Source of the DNA: Eledone cirrhosa
Lineage: Eukaryota
Length of the DNA stretch: 64,000 nucleotides
Reading direction: 5' to 3'
Assembly: GCA_964016885.1 (NCBI GenBank)
Contig: OZ024743.1
Coordinates: 161,882,001 to 161,946,000, forward strand
Shown: positions 37,380 through 50,525 of the stretch, piece after piece
Numbering within the stretch: position 1 is the first letter of the stretch
Layout of the letters: each line of letters opens with the position of its first letter
Program-made: the position numbers and the translations under genes
The notes under the pieces: generated by a model
What the model was told of the DNA's origin: nothing
What the model saw: the letters and a program-made list of their open reading frames with translations, nothing else
The model's database searches: none

Positions 37380-40108
37380 GGGAAAGGACGTGTGCAGTCA
37401 GTAACGGCGGCAACCGCACCTATCGCTTTCAAACCTAGTCACCTGTTCCATATTAGTGACCGATTGACCGGCATTCTGGTGGACATCGGGGCAGAGGTTG
37501 GCGTATTATGATCTGCCCTGGTGCCAGGCAGTACGAAACCCACAGCAGTTCTTCAGGCAGTGAATCACTCTCCCATCCCTACATTCGGAGAAATATCCCT
37601 AACCCTAGATCTGGGGCTTCACCGAATTTTCCAGTGGGTTTTTGTTATCGCCAAGTTGTCAACTCCGATCCTAGGAGCAGATTTCCTACACCATTTCGGT
37701 CTACTGCTGGACGTCAAACACAACAGACTGGTTGATTCCATCACTGGCGTCCATGTAGTTGGTATCAGCTCTAGGGCACCTTCCCTTATCCCTCTTTTCT
37801 TGAACCCAGGGCAGCCCAGCAGATACGACGTTATTCTGCGCAGACACACTAACATCACGCACCCGGTTTTTAACAGTCAGCACATCCCATGAGGAACATG
37901 AAAGGCATTACGACTGCTTTTCAATCGTTTTTCTCAGTTTGGTGTCATCATCAACCCCAACAAATGTCTTTTCAGCGTTTCTTCTCTTGATTGTCTGGGA
38001 CACCACGTTGACGAATAAGGTATTCTCCCTCACCACGACAAGGTTAAATCGATTTTAGATTTCCCAACTCCTACGTCCTTGAGGAAAGTACATGAGTTCC
38101 TCGGCTTCATAAATTTTTACTGCCGGTTCATTCCTCGCTGTGCAGAGCTTCTCCAGCCGCTAGCAGACATCCTACAGCAGTGCAAACGAAAGAACCAGCT
38201 CATCACTTTCGATGATGCATATGCAGCTGCCTTTCTTAAAATCAAGAGGGCCTTAGCCGACGTTACAATGTTGGTTCATCCCAGACCCGGCGCACAGCTC
38301 TGTCTATTGGCGATGTCTCAGATGTCGGGTCGGTGGCGTCCTGCAACAATGTGTAGACGATGCATGGCAGCCGATTTTTTTTTTCTCTTGGCACCTCAAC
38401 CGTAGTACAGCATATTCGGTCGAGAACTTTTAGCAGCTTACCTCAGTCTGAGATATTTCCGGCACATGTTGGAAGATTCTGTGTTCTCTATTTTCACAGA
38501 CCACAAACCTCTCACGTACACTTTACATTCCTAGCCTGACCGCCATTCACCTAGAGAAGTACGCCAACAGGATTATATATCTCAGTATACTATGGATATT
38601 CACCACGTTAAAGGTTCAGACAACTCTCGTACACACTTAAGTACACTGCACACCTCTGCTTCTATCAACCTCCGAGATATTGCCGCCGCCCAATAGATGG
38701 ACGAGGAGCTACTGACCCTCCGAAATTATCCATCTTCTTCCTTGTCTTTCAAACTCCTTCCTCTACCTTTTTCTCCCGGCCGTATTTGGTGTGATGTATC
38801 TACGGAACATGAACGCCTTTATGTACCTTTAATGCATGGGCGTTCGTTTTTTTTTTTCTGCTTTACACAATCTATCGCATCCTGGTGCCAACTCTACCCT
38901 GAAGTTAATAACAACCCAATTTATCTGGGCTGGTGTGAACAAGGATGTCAGGGAATGGACCAGGCGTTGCGTCTAGTGTCAGAAGGCAACAATTCACCAC
39001 CATCTCAGAACCTCATCAGGGAACCTTCGCATCACCAGATGCACGTTTCCTACATGTACACTTCGACATCGTCAGACCCCTTCTTAAGGTTGCACTCACC
39101 TTTTGACCTGTGTGGACAGATTCTCCCGGTGGCCCGAAACCATTCCTCTGCATATACTACAGCCGAAACTATTGCCAAGGCGCTGGTCTAGCATTGGATT
39201 TCGCATTATGGTACACCTTCTACCACCACAACATACAGAGGGGGGCCAGTTTGCATCGAAGCTTTTTAACGAATTGACACGCCCCCTAGGTCGTAACCGA
39301 ACACGTACAACGGCTTACCACGTTGTAGCTAACGGTATGGTGGAACGTTTCCATCGGCAATTAAAATCTGCCCTCAGAGCCTGTCAACAACAGCAACTGG
39401 TTGGTAATTTTACCTCTTATCCTTCTTGGAATTCGCTCCACCGTAAAAGAAGGACTTGGTTTTATGCCCGCTGAGCTGGTTTATGGTACGACATTAGTGT
39501 TACTCAAGCAAATGATTGTCCCTGATTCTCATCACCCCGTAGATCCAACGAACTGCAGCCATCATCTGCAGACATATGTCAAACCTGCTATCCGTTGTTC
39601 CTCGCCCTCAAGTGTTCCATCTGACATACAGCAATGGACACACGTTTTTATCAGCAGGGACACTATCAGAGCTCCTTTACAACCACCATACTCTGGACCC
39701 TACCTAGTACTCAAAGGGACACCCAAGCATTTCATTTGGGACATAAATTGAAACAAGGATTCTGTCAGTGTCGACCGTCTTAAAAAAGCCCATGCGGATG
39801 TGAAAGCATCCCCACCGTCAAACCAAGTTAACCCAATATCAGCGCTCCAGTCCACCGGTACTCCTAATTCTATGCCAACAAAAAACACCAGATTCGGTCA
39901 ATAGGTGTGCTGGCTATCTCGCTATGTCCCATATTTCGAGTAACATTCTTCATCACATTTATCATTTGTCCATCTTTTTTTTTCTTTTTTTTTCTACAAG
40001 GGAAATATGCAGCAGTTTTCTATGAGGCCAATAGTCCTCTCTTCCACTAGTTCATTACCCTTTCGGTTATCGATCGCTACTCCCGTTTCGATCCGGGCGG
40101 GGAACGAA
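37380..40108 (+). mobile_element. Ty3/Gypsy pol remnant (PR, deleted RT, RNase H, integrase)
   Basis: LVDIGAEV, ILGADFL, FLGFINFY, ELLAAY..., FTDHKPL, VDRFSRWP, ANGMVERFHRQLK, LQPPYSGPY; PPT GGGCGGGGAA before 40109. Confidence 0.92.
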
Positions 40109-40448
40109 TGTAGCGAAAGAAATGTATAACAATTTACTGGTGTGTATGAATATAACAAGGAGACGTGGTTTGTGTCTATAATATTTAATTAACAATTTGT
40201 GGATATATAGAACAGTATAGTTGACATGTCAATGAATAGATGAAAGAATGAAGCCAAGTTATTAGTTACCGTTTTGGTTGCCAGGCGAACGCGCCTGGCC
40301 GAAAGGGCAAATGAGAGAAAGGGAGCTGAAAGTTATTCGTTTTATAGGATTCTGCCGGAAGTTACAGAAAGGGTTCTACTTCCTATCTAGAGAGCGTTAA
40401 TCTATTGGTGATGTGAGTGTCACAACAAGGGAGGCAACTCATGCTACA
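40109..40448 (-). repeat. LTR related to the 10799/12557 LTRs
   Basis: TGTAGCG...TGCTACA termini; shares TATAGTTGACATGTCAAT and CAGAAAGGGTTC blocks; 40449-40590 matches 11218-11350. Confidence 0.88.
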
Positions 40449-40576
40449 TTACCTCCCGCCACATTTTTAAAATACAAAAATCGAATGAAATATGTACGTA
40501 GTAAGTTGGCGAGAATGTTGTAACAGGCATGAACATTACGAAAAAAAATAATGTTTGCAAAAATCAATGATAGATA

Positions 40577-42732
40577 TCAAGGTAGGCCAAGAAATTCTCG
40601 CAGTTTGCGGAAAGATATAGGTTGTGGAAAATCAATGATGGATTTGACTTTCTCCTTAAGTGGGCGAATACCATCTTTGTCAATGATGTGTCCCAGAAAA
40701 TGAAGGGACGCAACTCCGAACTCACATTTGCTGGGGTTGATAACGATTCCGTATTCACGCAAACGTGTGAATAGGAGATCCAGGTGTTTCTCATGTCCTT
40801 CATCGGAGCTGCTGGCCACCAGTAAGTCGTCAATGTATGCGTATACAAAAGGTAGACCCCTGGTGACTGTATCGATGAATCGCTGGAATGTCTGCGCTGC
40901 ATTTCGCAAACCGAAAGGCATACACAGAAATTCGAACATTCCAAAGGGTGTTGAGACTGTGGTCTTTGGAATATCTGCGGGCTCAACGGGTATCTGATTG
41001 TAAGCTCGCACAAGATCGATCTTCGAAAATATGCGAGCCCCGTGCAGCGAGCTAGAGAAGTCCTGTAGATGAGGCACTGGATAAGAGTCAGGAACTGTGC
41101 AGTTGTTTAGTGCACGGTAGTCGCCACAGATTCGCCAGTCGTTCGACGACTTCTTGGGTACACAGTGTATGGGTGAGGACCAGTTGCTGCTGGACGGACG
41201 TATGATGCCGAGATCCAGCATGTGCTGAAATTCTTGTTTGACGGACTTCAGCCGGTCTGGTGGTAGCCTTCTAGGTCGTGCAGCGACAGGTGGGCCGTGA
41301 GTTTTTATGTGGTGTGTGACATCATGTTTTACAGGGCAAGCGTTGAATAGTGGTTGAGCTACGTCTGGGTATTTCTTGATGATGTGGTTGTGCCGGGTTG
41401 TTGTTGTCGATCTTGAAATGACTGGACTGACTGTGGCTGTCCTAGCGGCAATGCCGCGCACAGCGAGACCAGTGGAGTTGTCAACGAGACGTTGGTTTTT
41501 CAGATCCACTAGAAGCGAAAAGTGCTGAAGAAAATCAGCTCCTAAAATAGGGGTCGACAGCTTAGCTACGACGAATACCCACTGGAAAGTGCGGCGTAGT
41601 CCCAAATTTAGTGTCAGGGACTGTTCTCCGTAGGTCGGAATATGTGAGTGATTCACCGCCTGGAGCCAGGCTGGTGTCTCTCTCCTTTTTCCAGGAACGC
41701 AGAAAACCGGGATGATGCTCACTTCAGCACCGGTGTCGTCAAGGAAACGCGTGCCTGTGACGTGATCCTGTATGAAAAATAGGCGACTTTGGTTATGAGG
41801 GCCAGAAACGTCTGTCGCATTCAGTTTCTGGCTGTGTTGTTTCCCTGATTTGTTTTCGAAACAAATGAACAGGGATGGCTGGACTTTTGCGCTCGTCTCC
41901 CGAATCTTTGGTGGTACCAACACATTTCTGGTGAATCTCGAGATGCGCTGGGACTTCTTGAGCGACCACCAAATCGGCGAATTCGGCTGTTGGACCGACG
42001 TGTGGCAGGGTTGCCCAGTGACAAGGCCTGAATTTGTTGCGTCAAGGCCTGTATCTGTGTTGCTTGCTGTGCCAGTAACTGGTGTAGATCGGGCATCTCT
42101 GTGGCACTGTAGGGCTGAAGAAAAGGATTGGTGGGAGGCACGGCTAAAGTTGAGTGCGGATGTGGTACCTCTATGATCTTATCTGCCAGCTCGGCAAGTT
42201 CTTCTATGGTGGTCGACTCCCTGGTGGATGCTAGTACCACTTGTGTGGCAGAAGGTAAACGCTGGAGGAAGAGTTGCTCGAAAATTTCATCCGGGAGTTT
42301 ATGTTCACCCAGAAGCTGCTTCATTTTCCGTAGGAGTTGCGTCGGCTTTTTATCTCCTAATTCCTCCGATATGAGTAGCTGGTGCAAGCGCTTCTGCTGC
42401 GACTCCGACGTCCGCTTAACTAATGGTCTTTTAAACGTGTCATATGACACAGAGCCGGGTGGTGCTAAAATGAGGTCTCGAACCTCATTCATAATCTCCG
42501 GAGACATCGAACCGATGAAATGTGTGAGACGGGATGCCTCGCTAACGATCCGGTTCGATGCGAACTGCGCTTCGATGTGCGCGAATCACAGTGTTGGATC
42601 ATGCAGCCAGAATGGTGGAATCCTTAATGTCGACCTGACTGCTATTTCTGCCGTAGATGAATCGTCGTGTGCTAGAGACATCGTTTGTTGTGGATGATCA
42701 GAAGGTTGTGTGTCTGTTTTACGGGGTCACCA
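40577..42732 (-). mobile_element. Ty3/Gypsy gag-pro-RT, 3'-truncated
   Basis: Gag IPPFW...LGDKKPTQLL...CWYH; [12 protein letters not shown]; [14 protein letters not shown]; PBS TGGTGACCCCG complementary to the tRNA-Trp 3' end. Confidence 0.95.
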
Positions 42733-42734
42733 GT

Positions 42735-43435
42735 TGTAACGGAATATTATGTGTGGTTGTAACGACAAGTGGATGGATGGATGTAACTGTTGGTATGGTG
42801 GTTTCGGTGTAAATAAAAATACCAAGAGTGTTGTTACAAAGTTTATTTTATTACAGCAATATTCAATTTGAATATTGAATGATAAAATAATTGACACAAA
42901 ATATTCATACAATAATTTGGTAGCTCTTCGAGCCACGTAAATTCAAATATCACAGAATACGATTATAATATGTGTAAACAGAAATGAATGGTGCGTGTAC
43001 AAATGTTGGACTCACTATGAATGCGTGTGTGCGGCGTATCAGTATATTTACTTATTTGTATTGCAGGAGTCAGCGATCAGCCAGGAAGGTGAGAATAAAT
43101 GGCAGACTGGTTTTTCGTGACGAGAGCCTGTAAAAAACGTCTCGTCTTGTCTGTATCCACTTTTTTTCTCCTTTAGGCGTAAACAATCCCTCTATTTATA
43201 AGAGTTGAAGTTAGAAGGATAGATATATCCTCTGAACTTTGGTTAGTCTCCCAAGGTATTAGTTTGCCAAGCGTAAACAAGTCAGAAAGATGGATATATC
43301 CTCTGACCTATTTTCTGTCTGACCTGTGTTTAGCCTCTCCCAAGGGGTTAGTCTCTTGAGCGTAAACAAGTTCCAACGGCTTGTCCCAGAGGCGGGAAAA
43401 CTCAGATTCGGTTTCGAATCTTCGCCGCCGTTATA
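42735..43435 (-). repeat. Probable 5' LTR of the minus-strand Gypsy
   Basis: Termini TGTAACGG / CCGTTATA next to the PBS; abuts an RTE fragment. Confidence 0.7.
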
Positions 43436-43645
43436 GTATCATGTCGTCTGCAAATTCCAAGCGACTTATCCTAAACCCACCAGTCTTGATACGATCTCCA
43501 ACACGGCTGCGCATGTCCGTCCTGTCCATGAAAATTGTGATCAGGAGAGGTGACAGTTCACACCCTTGGCGGAGTCCAACACCCACATCGAATGGTTTCA
43601 ACTCAGCAACATTTATCCGAACACAAATACTAGCGTTTTTTGTAT
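43436..43645 (-). mobile_element. RTE-like RT fragment
   Basis: VGVGLRQGCELSPLLITIFMD...LEFADDMIL. Confidence 0.8.
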
Positions 43646-44079
43646 ACCACATGGCGCCACACATGCGACCTTTACTCGCATCGTTGTAGGTACACTGGTT
43701 GTGAGAGTTTCCCTGGGAGGCAACAGTGTCTCCCATTCCTCAATCTTTTACCGCTGTTGGTCCGTCGTTGCTTATTCGTCCGACAGGAACCCGCATATAA
43801 TGCAACTAACCATCATATCTGGGGCCGTATCGTTATCTGTCACTTGTGACCTGTTCTCTTGCAAATAAATTAAACTATATACACTGTATATGTATGCAGA
43901 GATAAAGTTGGGAAAAGAAAAACAAACAAAGAGAAGGAAATCACAACCAAACACAATCATGCGACTACTGACTAATGTTACCACTCCTGTTTCCTTAGGC
44001 AATCAAATCAGCGAAACGAACCAGGATTATCTCCCTTTATTATTCCTTAGCATTTCGTGTGGAAGTCACAGCTGAAACC

Positions 44080-44150
44080 ATGTTACTCTTAAGACAGATC
44101 GCTCGCCAAGGTTTGAGGCGTCAACTTTATTTAAAAACACAAACGCACTG
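44080..44150 (+). CDS. ACADVL: ACADVL-like gene, putative coding exon 1 (mitochondrial presequence)
   Basis: AACCATG start; [23 protein letters not shown] is Arg-rich and acid-free; phase-2 GTAAGT donor. Confidence 0.65.
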
Positions 44151-44999
44151 GTAAGTAAATATAAATATATAAAACAATAGAATAGAGCTAATGACTTTTT
44201 TTTTTGGTAGGGTTATTTCTGTCAGTTGAAATTTTTTGTTTCGTTTTTCATCTTAGATATATATTTATATATAACGCCTTTCTATTGACAATCGTGTAAA
44301 CAAGTTTGTTTGTTGTGAGGTCAAGAATTGGAACAGTAACCATCGCTCAGCTGTTCTTTATTTATTTTAATTTTAATTTAGCACCTCTTCGAAATTTCAC
44401 CATTTTCTACACTGTACACCACCAAACTGGCTATAGGCTACTTTATTGTTTGTTTCTTGCTTCATTAACTGCTGTTACCGTTTAAAGTGGGATGGGGGAA
44501 CATTCAGTGACTTGATGAAATACTTCATTGATGAAAACCACTGTTCGACAACTTAAACTTTTAGCTGCTTTATAGTGAATTTATGTACTGGGTGGGTATC
44601 ATTAGTTTTCTGCTTTATAGTTGTCCCTGTTTTTCACCATTTTCTTATTTATGCTTCTTTATCCCCTCCCCAACTATCTTTCTCTTTTCTCTATCTGTTT
44701 TTGTTTCTTAAAAGTATTAGATACCTCGTTTAGTGCCATGGCTTACTAACTCTAGACGGACGTTTAAATAAAATAAATATTTTATCATACTCATCACCAC
44801 ATCATTAAAAACCACGACAAATATAACCAGATAAACACAAACACCAACACTCCACTATAACCTATTCTACATTACGACAGATACCACACCGCCACAATTA
44901 ATATTAAACAGAATCACCGTTCAATCGCTTTTAAATGGTTATGTTAGTGCCAGTGAAAAATACAATCCAAATGCACTTCATCTAGCTGTGCGATATTAT

Positions 45000-45150
45000 T
45001 TCCAGCATAGTTACGTCCCTTTACGATCTGAGTTCAGATCCCACCGAGGTTAACTTTGCCTTTCATCCTTACGGGGTCGATAAAATAAAGTACCAGTAAT
45101 GTACTGGGTAATTGCTGGCCTTGTGCGAAAAGTTGAAACAATTATTTATT
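45000..45150 (+). mobile_element. Abundant SINE family copy
   Basis: GAGTTCAGATCC B box, AACTTTGCCTTTCATCCTTACGGGGTCGATAAAATAAAGTACCAG core, GGCCTTGTGC...GAAACAATTA tail. Confidence 0.8.
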
Positions 45151-45287
45151 AAGAATTTGTTACCTTTATTCCTCTCAGAATGTGGAAGAAAAGTAAAAGA
45201 AAATATAATTGAAGCTAGGAAGTTGTCCAAATGTGTCCAAAAGTTGTCCAATTACTATGTGTACTTTTTCTTTGTATCTCTGTCCAG

Positions 45288-45348
45288 CCTTGTTCCAGCC
45301 ACATCAATCAATACATCGAAATGCCGAACTCAATCGACACAAGCAAAG
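45288..45348 (+). CDS. ACADVL: ACADVL-like gene, putative exon 2
   Basis: Polypyrimidine tract + CAG; (C)[20 protein letters not shown]; GT donor; phases 2 to 0 fit exon 1 and the 55984 exon. Confidence 0.55.
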
Positions 45349-45419
45349 GTATTTTTATATTCATTTATCTCTGTGTAATTTGTTTTTGGTTTTAACGTAG
45401 AAGTAACGTCCGAACAAGT

Positions 45420-45600
45420 ATCCTCCACCACCAACTAACTTGCCCTCCGCCTCTGGGTCCCGACCGACAGAATAGAGAATGCATTGCCCCAGACGACGGG
45501 GGAGACGCGCTGAAACAGCCACTCCATCTCACACCTGCAGGCGGCCAACTCCGCCCCGATAGCATTGAGTAGGGATGTGGTCCGGGGACCAAAAGCGCCG
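45420..45600 (-). mobile_element. CRE-like non-LTR retrotransposon C-terminal (RLE) fragment
   Basis: FGPRTTSLLNAIG...EWLFQRVS...GNAFSIL, resembling LFQRLS...RGNA. Confidence 0.6.
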
Positions 45601-46941
45601 GAGGTTTATTTGTTTATTGTTTACGTTTCTCCGAAGAATGACCCCCTGCTCAAAACAACAGATCGCACCTCTCTTCTTACGGTACACTAATTTGATTTTA
45701 CGAAGTTTATTAACATTTTTTTTTTTTTACTTGACATAGATTATCATTAATTTTCCCACATTCTTGTTCTATCCTGTTGTGCGTGTATGTGTGATTTTCT
45801 TTTCTCCTTTGGGTAATCGTTAACCAGAGACCTCTTTGTCCTTTAAGGTAACCAATTTACACTGGTGTAAACTCATAAAATGTAATATTTCCGATCAGTT
45901 AGGGTTGGCAAAAATATATATTTGTATATTCTAATAGTAAATACGAGAGACAGCGTCACTTGGTGAGGGTCTCATCCTGTTATTTACCAGAAAGCCTCAT
46001 CCCTATTAAAAAGAAAAAATACTGAATTCTAGAAAATATTGCGTAGTAGACATAGTTTTATTTAAGTGTACATTTTTGTTACGTAAGCTTAGTATTTCGC
46101 CTTAAAAATATCGCTAACATCTTAACAATAATAAACCATATCTCGTAGATGTAACCTGCCCCTTTAGGGACGTATATATGTATGGGACCACTTTCACTTT
46201 ACCTAACTGCAGCTAATAGCATTTCACTGTCAGTGACCTATGCTAAAGTACTAGGTAGCCAGCAACTGGAGCTGAAAATCTAATATACATATATATCACT
46301 GGTGTTTATTTTTATCTTATGCGAAGAGAAACAAAAGCCAAATCTATACACAAGGAATACAAAAATAAACAACAAAAAGTAAATTTGTAAGACAACGAAA
46401 ATGAACTGTTTCTTTTGCATAGGTGTTGTTTTTGACCTTCCCCGAATCAAATTTGTTCATATATATGTGTGTGTGAGAGTGTGTTGTTGCTTAGCTACCA
46501 GATCGCTGACGCCCTACTAAAAGATACTAGCTGCAGTTTGACAAAGTGAAAGTGGACCCCTATATTTAAGGATCGCATAAACCCTTCGCTACTGTCAAAT
46601 CACTTGAATCTGTCGTCTTTGACCTATTCTTTCATACTAAAAAACAACGATTTCAAACCTTGTGAACACATTTTAGAATGATACATAACTATTTGTTTAT
46701 TAAAGTATGAGAATCCATATACAGATGTTTGTTATGTAATTAACACTTCTTGTCTTAGACCTTCAATAAATATTTGACGCATGGTCTACTTCAAATGTTC
46801 TCAACGGGGGGCATATGCACCCCCGGGTGGCGTTTCGGAACTCCAGGGGGGGGGGGGCGTTTGGGAGCAAGGTCGCGTTAGGGGGTCGTTTGGAGCTGGG
46901 GGAAGGGGTTAGGAGGGGGGCGCTGGATTTTTCCATTTTTA

Positions 46942-47072
46942 GGATCTCAATTATCGGGCATGCCTGCACACCTTCTCACAGCTGCGGTCAGACTATAGTT
47001 ATGCTGTCTGCAGCTGTGAGCAGGTGTGCAGGCATGTCCGGTAATTGAGACGTTAACCGGTAATTGAGATCC
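46942..47072. mobile_element. Hairpin MITE
   Basis: GGATCTCAATTATCGG...CCGGTAATTGAGATCC termini with TA flanks; internal ~45-bp stem. Confidence 0.65.
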
Positions 47073-47267
47073 TAAAAACCCACAGTCAACTGGGTCAAAG
47101 ACACTTTGTTAGAATCTTATCTTTCCTTCACCGATAACAATGTATTTAATGTCTGAAATTATTGACTCAACCGTAACGAGTTAACACTATGTAGATCTAT
47201 TTTATTCCCTATTGTATAATTAATATTACAAATAAAAAAAAGAAAAGAAAAAAACAGAAGCGAGTAG

Positions 47268-48278
47268 CACACACATCTAGGACCACATACAACACATAAT
47301 CAGGTAATACACACATCTAGGACCACATACAACACATAATCAGATAATACACACATCTAGGACCACATACAACACATAATCAGGTAATACACACATCTAG
47401 GACCACATACAACACATAATCAGGTAATACACACATCTAGGACCACATACAACACATAATCAGATAATACACACATCTAGGACCACATACAACACATAAT
47501 CAGGTGATACACACATCTAGGACCACATACAACACATAATCAGATAATACACACATCTAGGACCACATACAACACATAATCAGATAATACACACATCTAG
47601 GACCACATACAACACATAATCAGGTAATACACACATCTAGGACCACATACAACACATAATCAGGTAATACACACATCTAGGACCACATACAACACATAAT
47701 CAGATAATACACACATCTAGGACCACATACAACACATAATCAGGTAATACACACATCTAGGACCACATACAACACATAATCAGATAATACACACATCTAG
47801 GACCACATACAACACATAATCAGATAATACACACATCTAGGACCACATACAACACATAATCAGGTAATACACACATCTAGGACCACATACAACACATAAT
47901 CAGATAATACACACATCTAGGACCACATACAACACATAATCAGGTAATACACACATCTAGGACCACATACAACACATAATCAGATAATACACACATCTAG
48001 GACCACATACAACACATAATCAGATAATACACACATCTAGGACCACATACAACACATAATCAGGTAATACACACATCTAGGACCACATACAACACATAAT
48101 CAGATAATACACACATCTAGGACCACATACAACACATAATCAGGTAATACACACATCTAGGACCACATACAACACATAATCAGATAATACACACATCTAG
48201 GACCACATACAACACATAATCAGGTAATACACACATCTAGGACCACATACAACACATAATCAGATAATACACACATCT
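47268..48278. repeat. 40-bp minisatellite, 25 copies
   Basis: Unit ACACACATCTAGGACCACATACAACACATAATCAG(G/A)TAAT; no spacers. Confidence 0.99.
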
Positions 48279-48649
48279 TTGGAATATTGTTAATCAATTT
48301 TTTAGTAATCTACTGATATAAAAATCAGTAGTATATTGAAAAATGAAAAAATAGGGTCGCGAGAGGAGGGGGGCGTTTCGTGATTTCGAGGGACAAAAGG
48401 GGGCGTTTGGCCTAAATGGGTTGAGAACCTGTGGTTTACTTCATGAAGATTTTGTTATCTAATGTAACTCCACCCGCATGGAATAATTCATTGTAGGAAT
48501 ATAATATAATTTTAAGTATTTTATTTTATCCAACTTCTAGAAGTATGAAAGTCAAAGTCTACCTCGGTGGGAGCCTCTAGTGACACCCACATTATTCATA
48601 ACTGGGTTTTTCTGAATGTAGCATGTGACACTCAGATCTATTATTCTCA

Positions 48650-48955
48650 GAATGGCAAGGGCCGCTTTGACGCAGAGAGTTACGGCCTTTGTCATTCTGA
48701 GTTCAAATCCTGCCGAGGTTAACTTTGCCTTTCATCCTTACGGGGTCGATAAAATAAAGTACCAGTAATGTACTGAGTAATTGCTGGCCTTGTGCCAATA
48801 GTAGAAACAGTTATTTATATGTAAACGATTTGCCATTCTCTGTTCAAATCCCGCCGAGGTTAACTTTGCCTTTCATCCTTACGGGGTCGATAAAATAAAG
48901 TACCAGTAATGTACTGGATAATTGCTGGCCTTGTGCCAATAGTAGAAACAATTAT
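48650..48955 (+). mobile_element. Two tandem SINE copies
   Basis: GTTCAAATCC...CTTACGGGGTCGATAAAATAAAGTACCAG...GTAGAAACA twice. Confidence 0.85.
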
Positions 48956-49078
48956 TTATATATAAACGATGTTGCCATCATCACCACCATCAGCAGTAGC
49001 GTTTAACGTCTATTCTCTATGCTTATATGAGTTAGACGGATTGTCACGTATGTACTGAGACCAGTACCTACGTTAGGT

Positions 49079-49335
49079 CAGGTTCTCATAGTGGGCGATA
49101 AACCCCCCACCCCCACCACACCACCGGGGGGGGGGGGGGTAGAGATGATATAATAGTATATTAAATATCAAATGATACAACATATATATAGGCGTTCCTT
49201 ACTTTTAGCGGTCGCAATAATGAAAGTAATTTTGTTTTTATTTTCGAACGTCGTGTTTACATTTTGTGTGTGTGTTTAGATCTAAATTAGTTAGTGAGAT
49301 TAAAGACAAAATCAGAGCATCTGTCGTTTTAACTG

Positions 49336-49388
<53 letters not shown>

Positions 49389-50277
49389 AGTTGACGGTTG
49401 AGAGAAGAGTACTCAATACCGAAGTAATCTTGTAATGAGGCTTGCAGAATGGTGAGCCCGCCATTCTGGACGCTGCTGCCCCGTAGAAGTCCCAAATCGA
49501 AGCCGTGACACTCTCGTCCCCATCATTCAGCAGGGATTTTGCCAGGCAGCCGCATCATCTCCGATGGGTGGGCTTCCTATTCGGAAATTGAGGAAATTGA
49601 AGGTGGAAGGTGGGATTTACGTTCATGCTGTTGTGGTGCACGAACGGAACTTTGTAGATCCTGCGGACCCTGATGTGCACACACAGCTCATAGAGAACAC
49701 ATGGAGCCGTGCAAAGAAGAAGCTTCGTCTCCAGCATGTTTCGTTTAAACACACACACAAAATGTAAACACGAAATGTTCGAAAATGAAAATAAATTTAC
49801 ATCATTATTGCGACCGCTAAAAGTAAAGAACGCCCATAGGCGTTCTTTACTTTTAGAAAATGAAAATAAATTTACTTTAATTATTGCGACCGCTAAAAGT
49901 AAAGAACGCCCATAGGCGTTCTTTACTTTTAGAAAATGAAAATAAATTTACTTTCATTATTGCGACCGCTAAAAGTAAGGAACGCCCATAGGCGTTCCTT
50001 ACTTTTAGAAAATGAAAATAAATTTACTTTCATTATTGCGACCGCTAAAAGTAAGGAACGCCCATATATATAAATATAGAAAAATAAAAATTATGTAATA
50101 TATATTCATACATAGTATATATTATATTATTTATTATATATAAATTAACGATTTTATTTATTATATATTATTTACAATTTTCGTGTAGGCAGGCCCCTCT
50201 GGAAATAGGGTTGGGGGGCGCTGAGCGTATTACGTTGCCGTGAGGAGGCGGTGGTCCAAAAAGTTTGAGAAACTCTG
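49079..50277. mobile_element. Non-autonomous hAT-like element
   Basis: Perfect 8-bp TSD CGTTAGGT (49071, 50278); ends CAGGTTCTCA / TGAGAAACTCTG. Confidence 0.82.
49191..50063 (+). mobile_element. Merlin (IS1595/ISXO2-like) transposon derivative with amplified right TIR
   Basis: TIR GGCGTTCCTTACTTTTAGCGGTCGCAATAATGAAAGTAA; HERNFVDP...HTQLIENTWSRAK motif; four right-TIR copies spaced 75-76 bp. Confidence 0.82.
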
Positions 50278-50349
50278 CGTTAGGTTATCACGTTTTGTTC
50301 CGTTTTAGGTTTGGATTCTCCAGCGTATACTGGAAACATTTTATGATGT

Positions 50350-50525
50350 GTAATAATTGTTTCTACTTTTGGCACAAGGCCAGCAATTATCCCAGTGGTG
50401 CTTTATTTTATCGACCCCATAAGGATGACAGGCAAAGTTAACCTCGGCGGGATTTGCACACAGACCGTAAAGGGCCGTGACTCAGTGCTGCAAAGCATGA
50501 CGTCCGACCTTCTACCGACACTGCC
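50350..50525 (-). mobile_element. Abundant SINE family copy
   Basis: Reverse complement of the 48650-type consensus; further copies at 52315-52640 (+), 53200-53350 (-), 56590-56900 (+), 57735-57890 (-) and 62278-62455 (-). Confidence 0.8.

Larger units (their letters stand above)
46792..48433. mobile_element. Non-autonomous hAT-like element carrying a hairpin MITE and a minisatellite
   Basis: TIRs CAAATGTTCTCAAC / CACAGGTTCTCAAC; 8-bp TSD GTCTACTT / GTTTACTT. Confidence 0.75.

Noticed and set aside
47268-48278. CRISPR-like array
   Set aside because: No unique spacers, no cas genes, eukaryotic context
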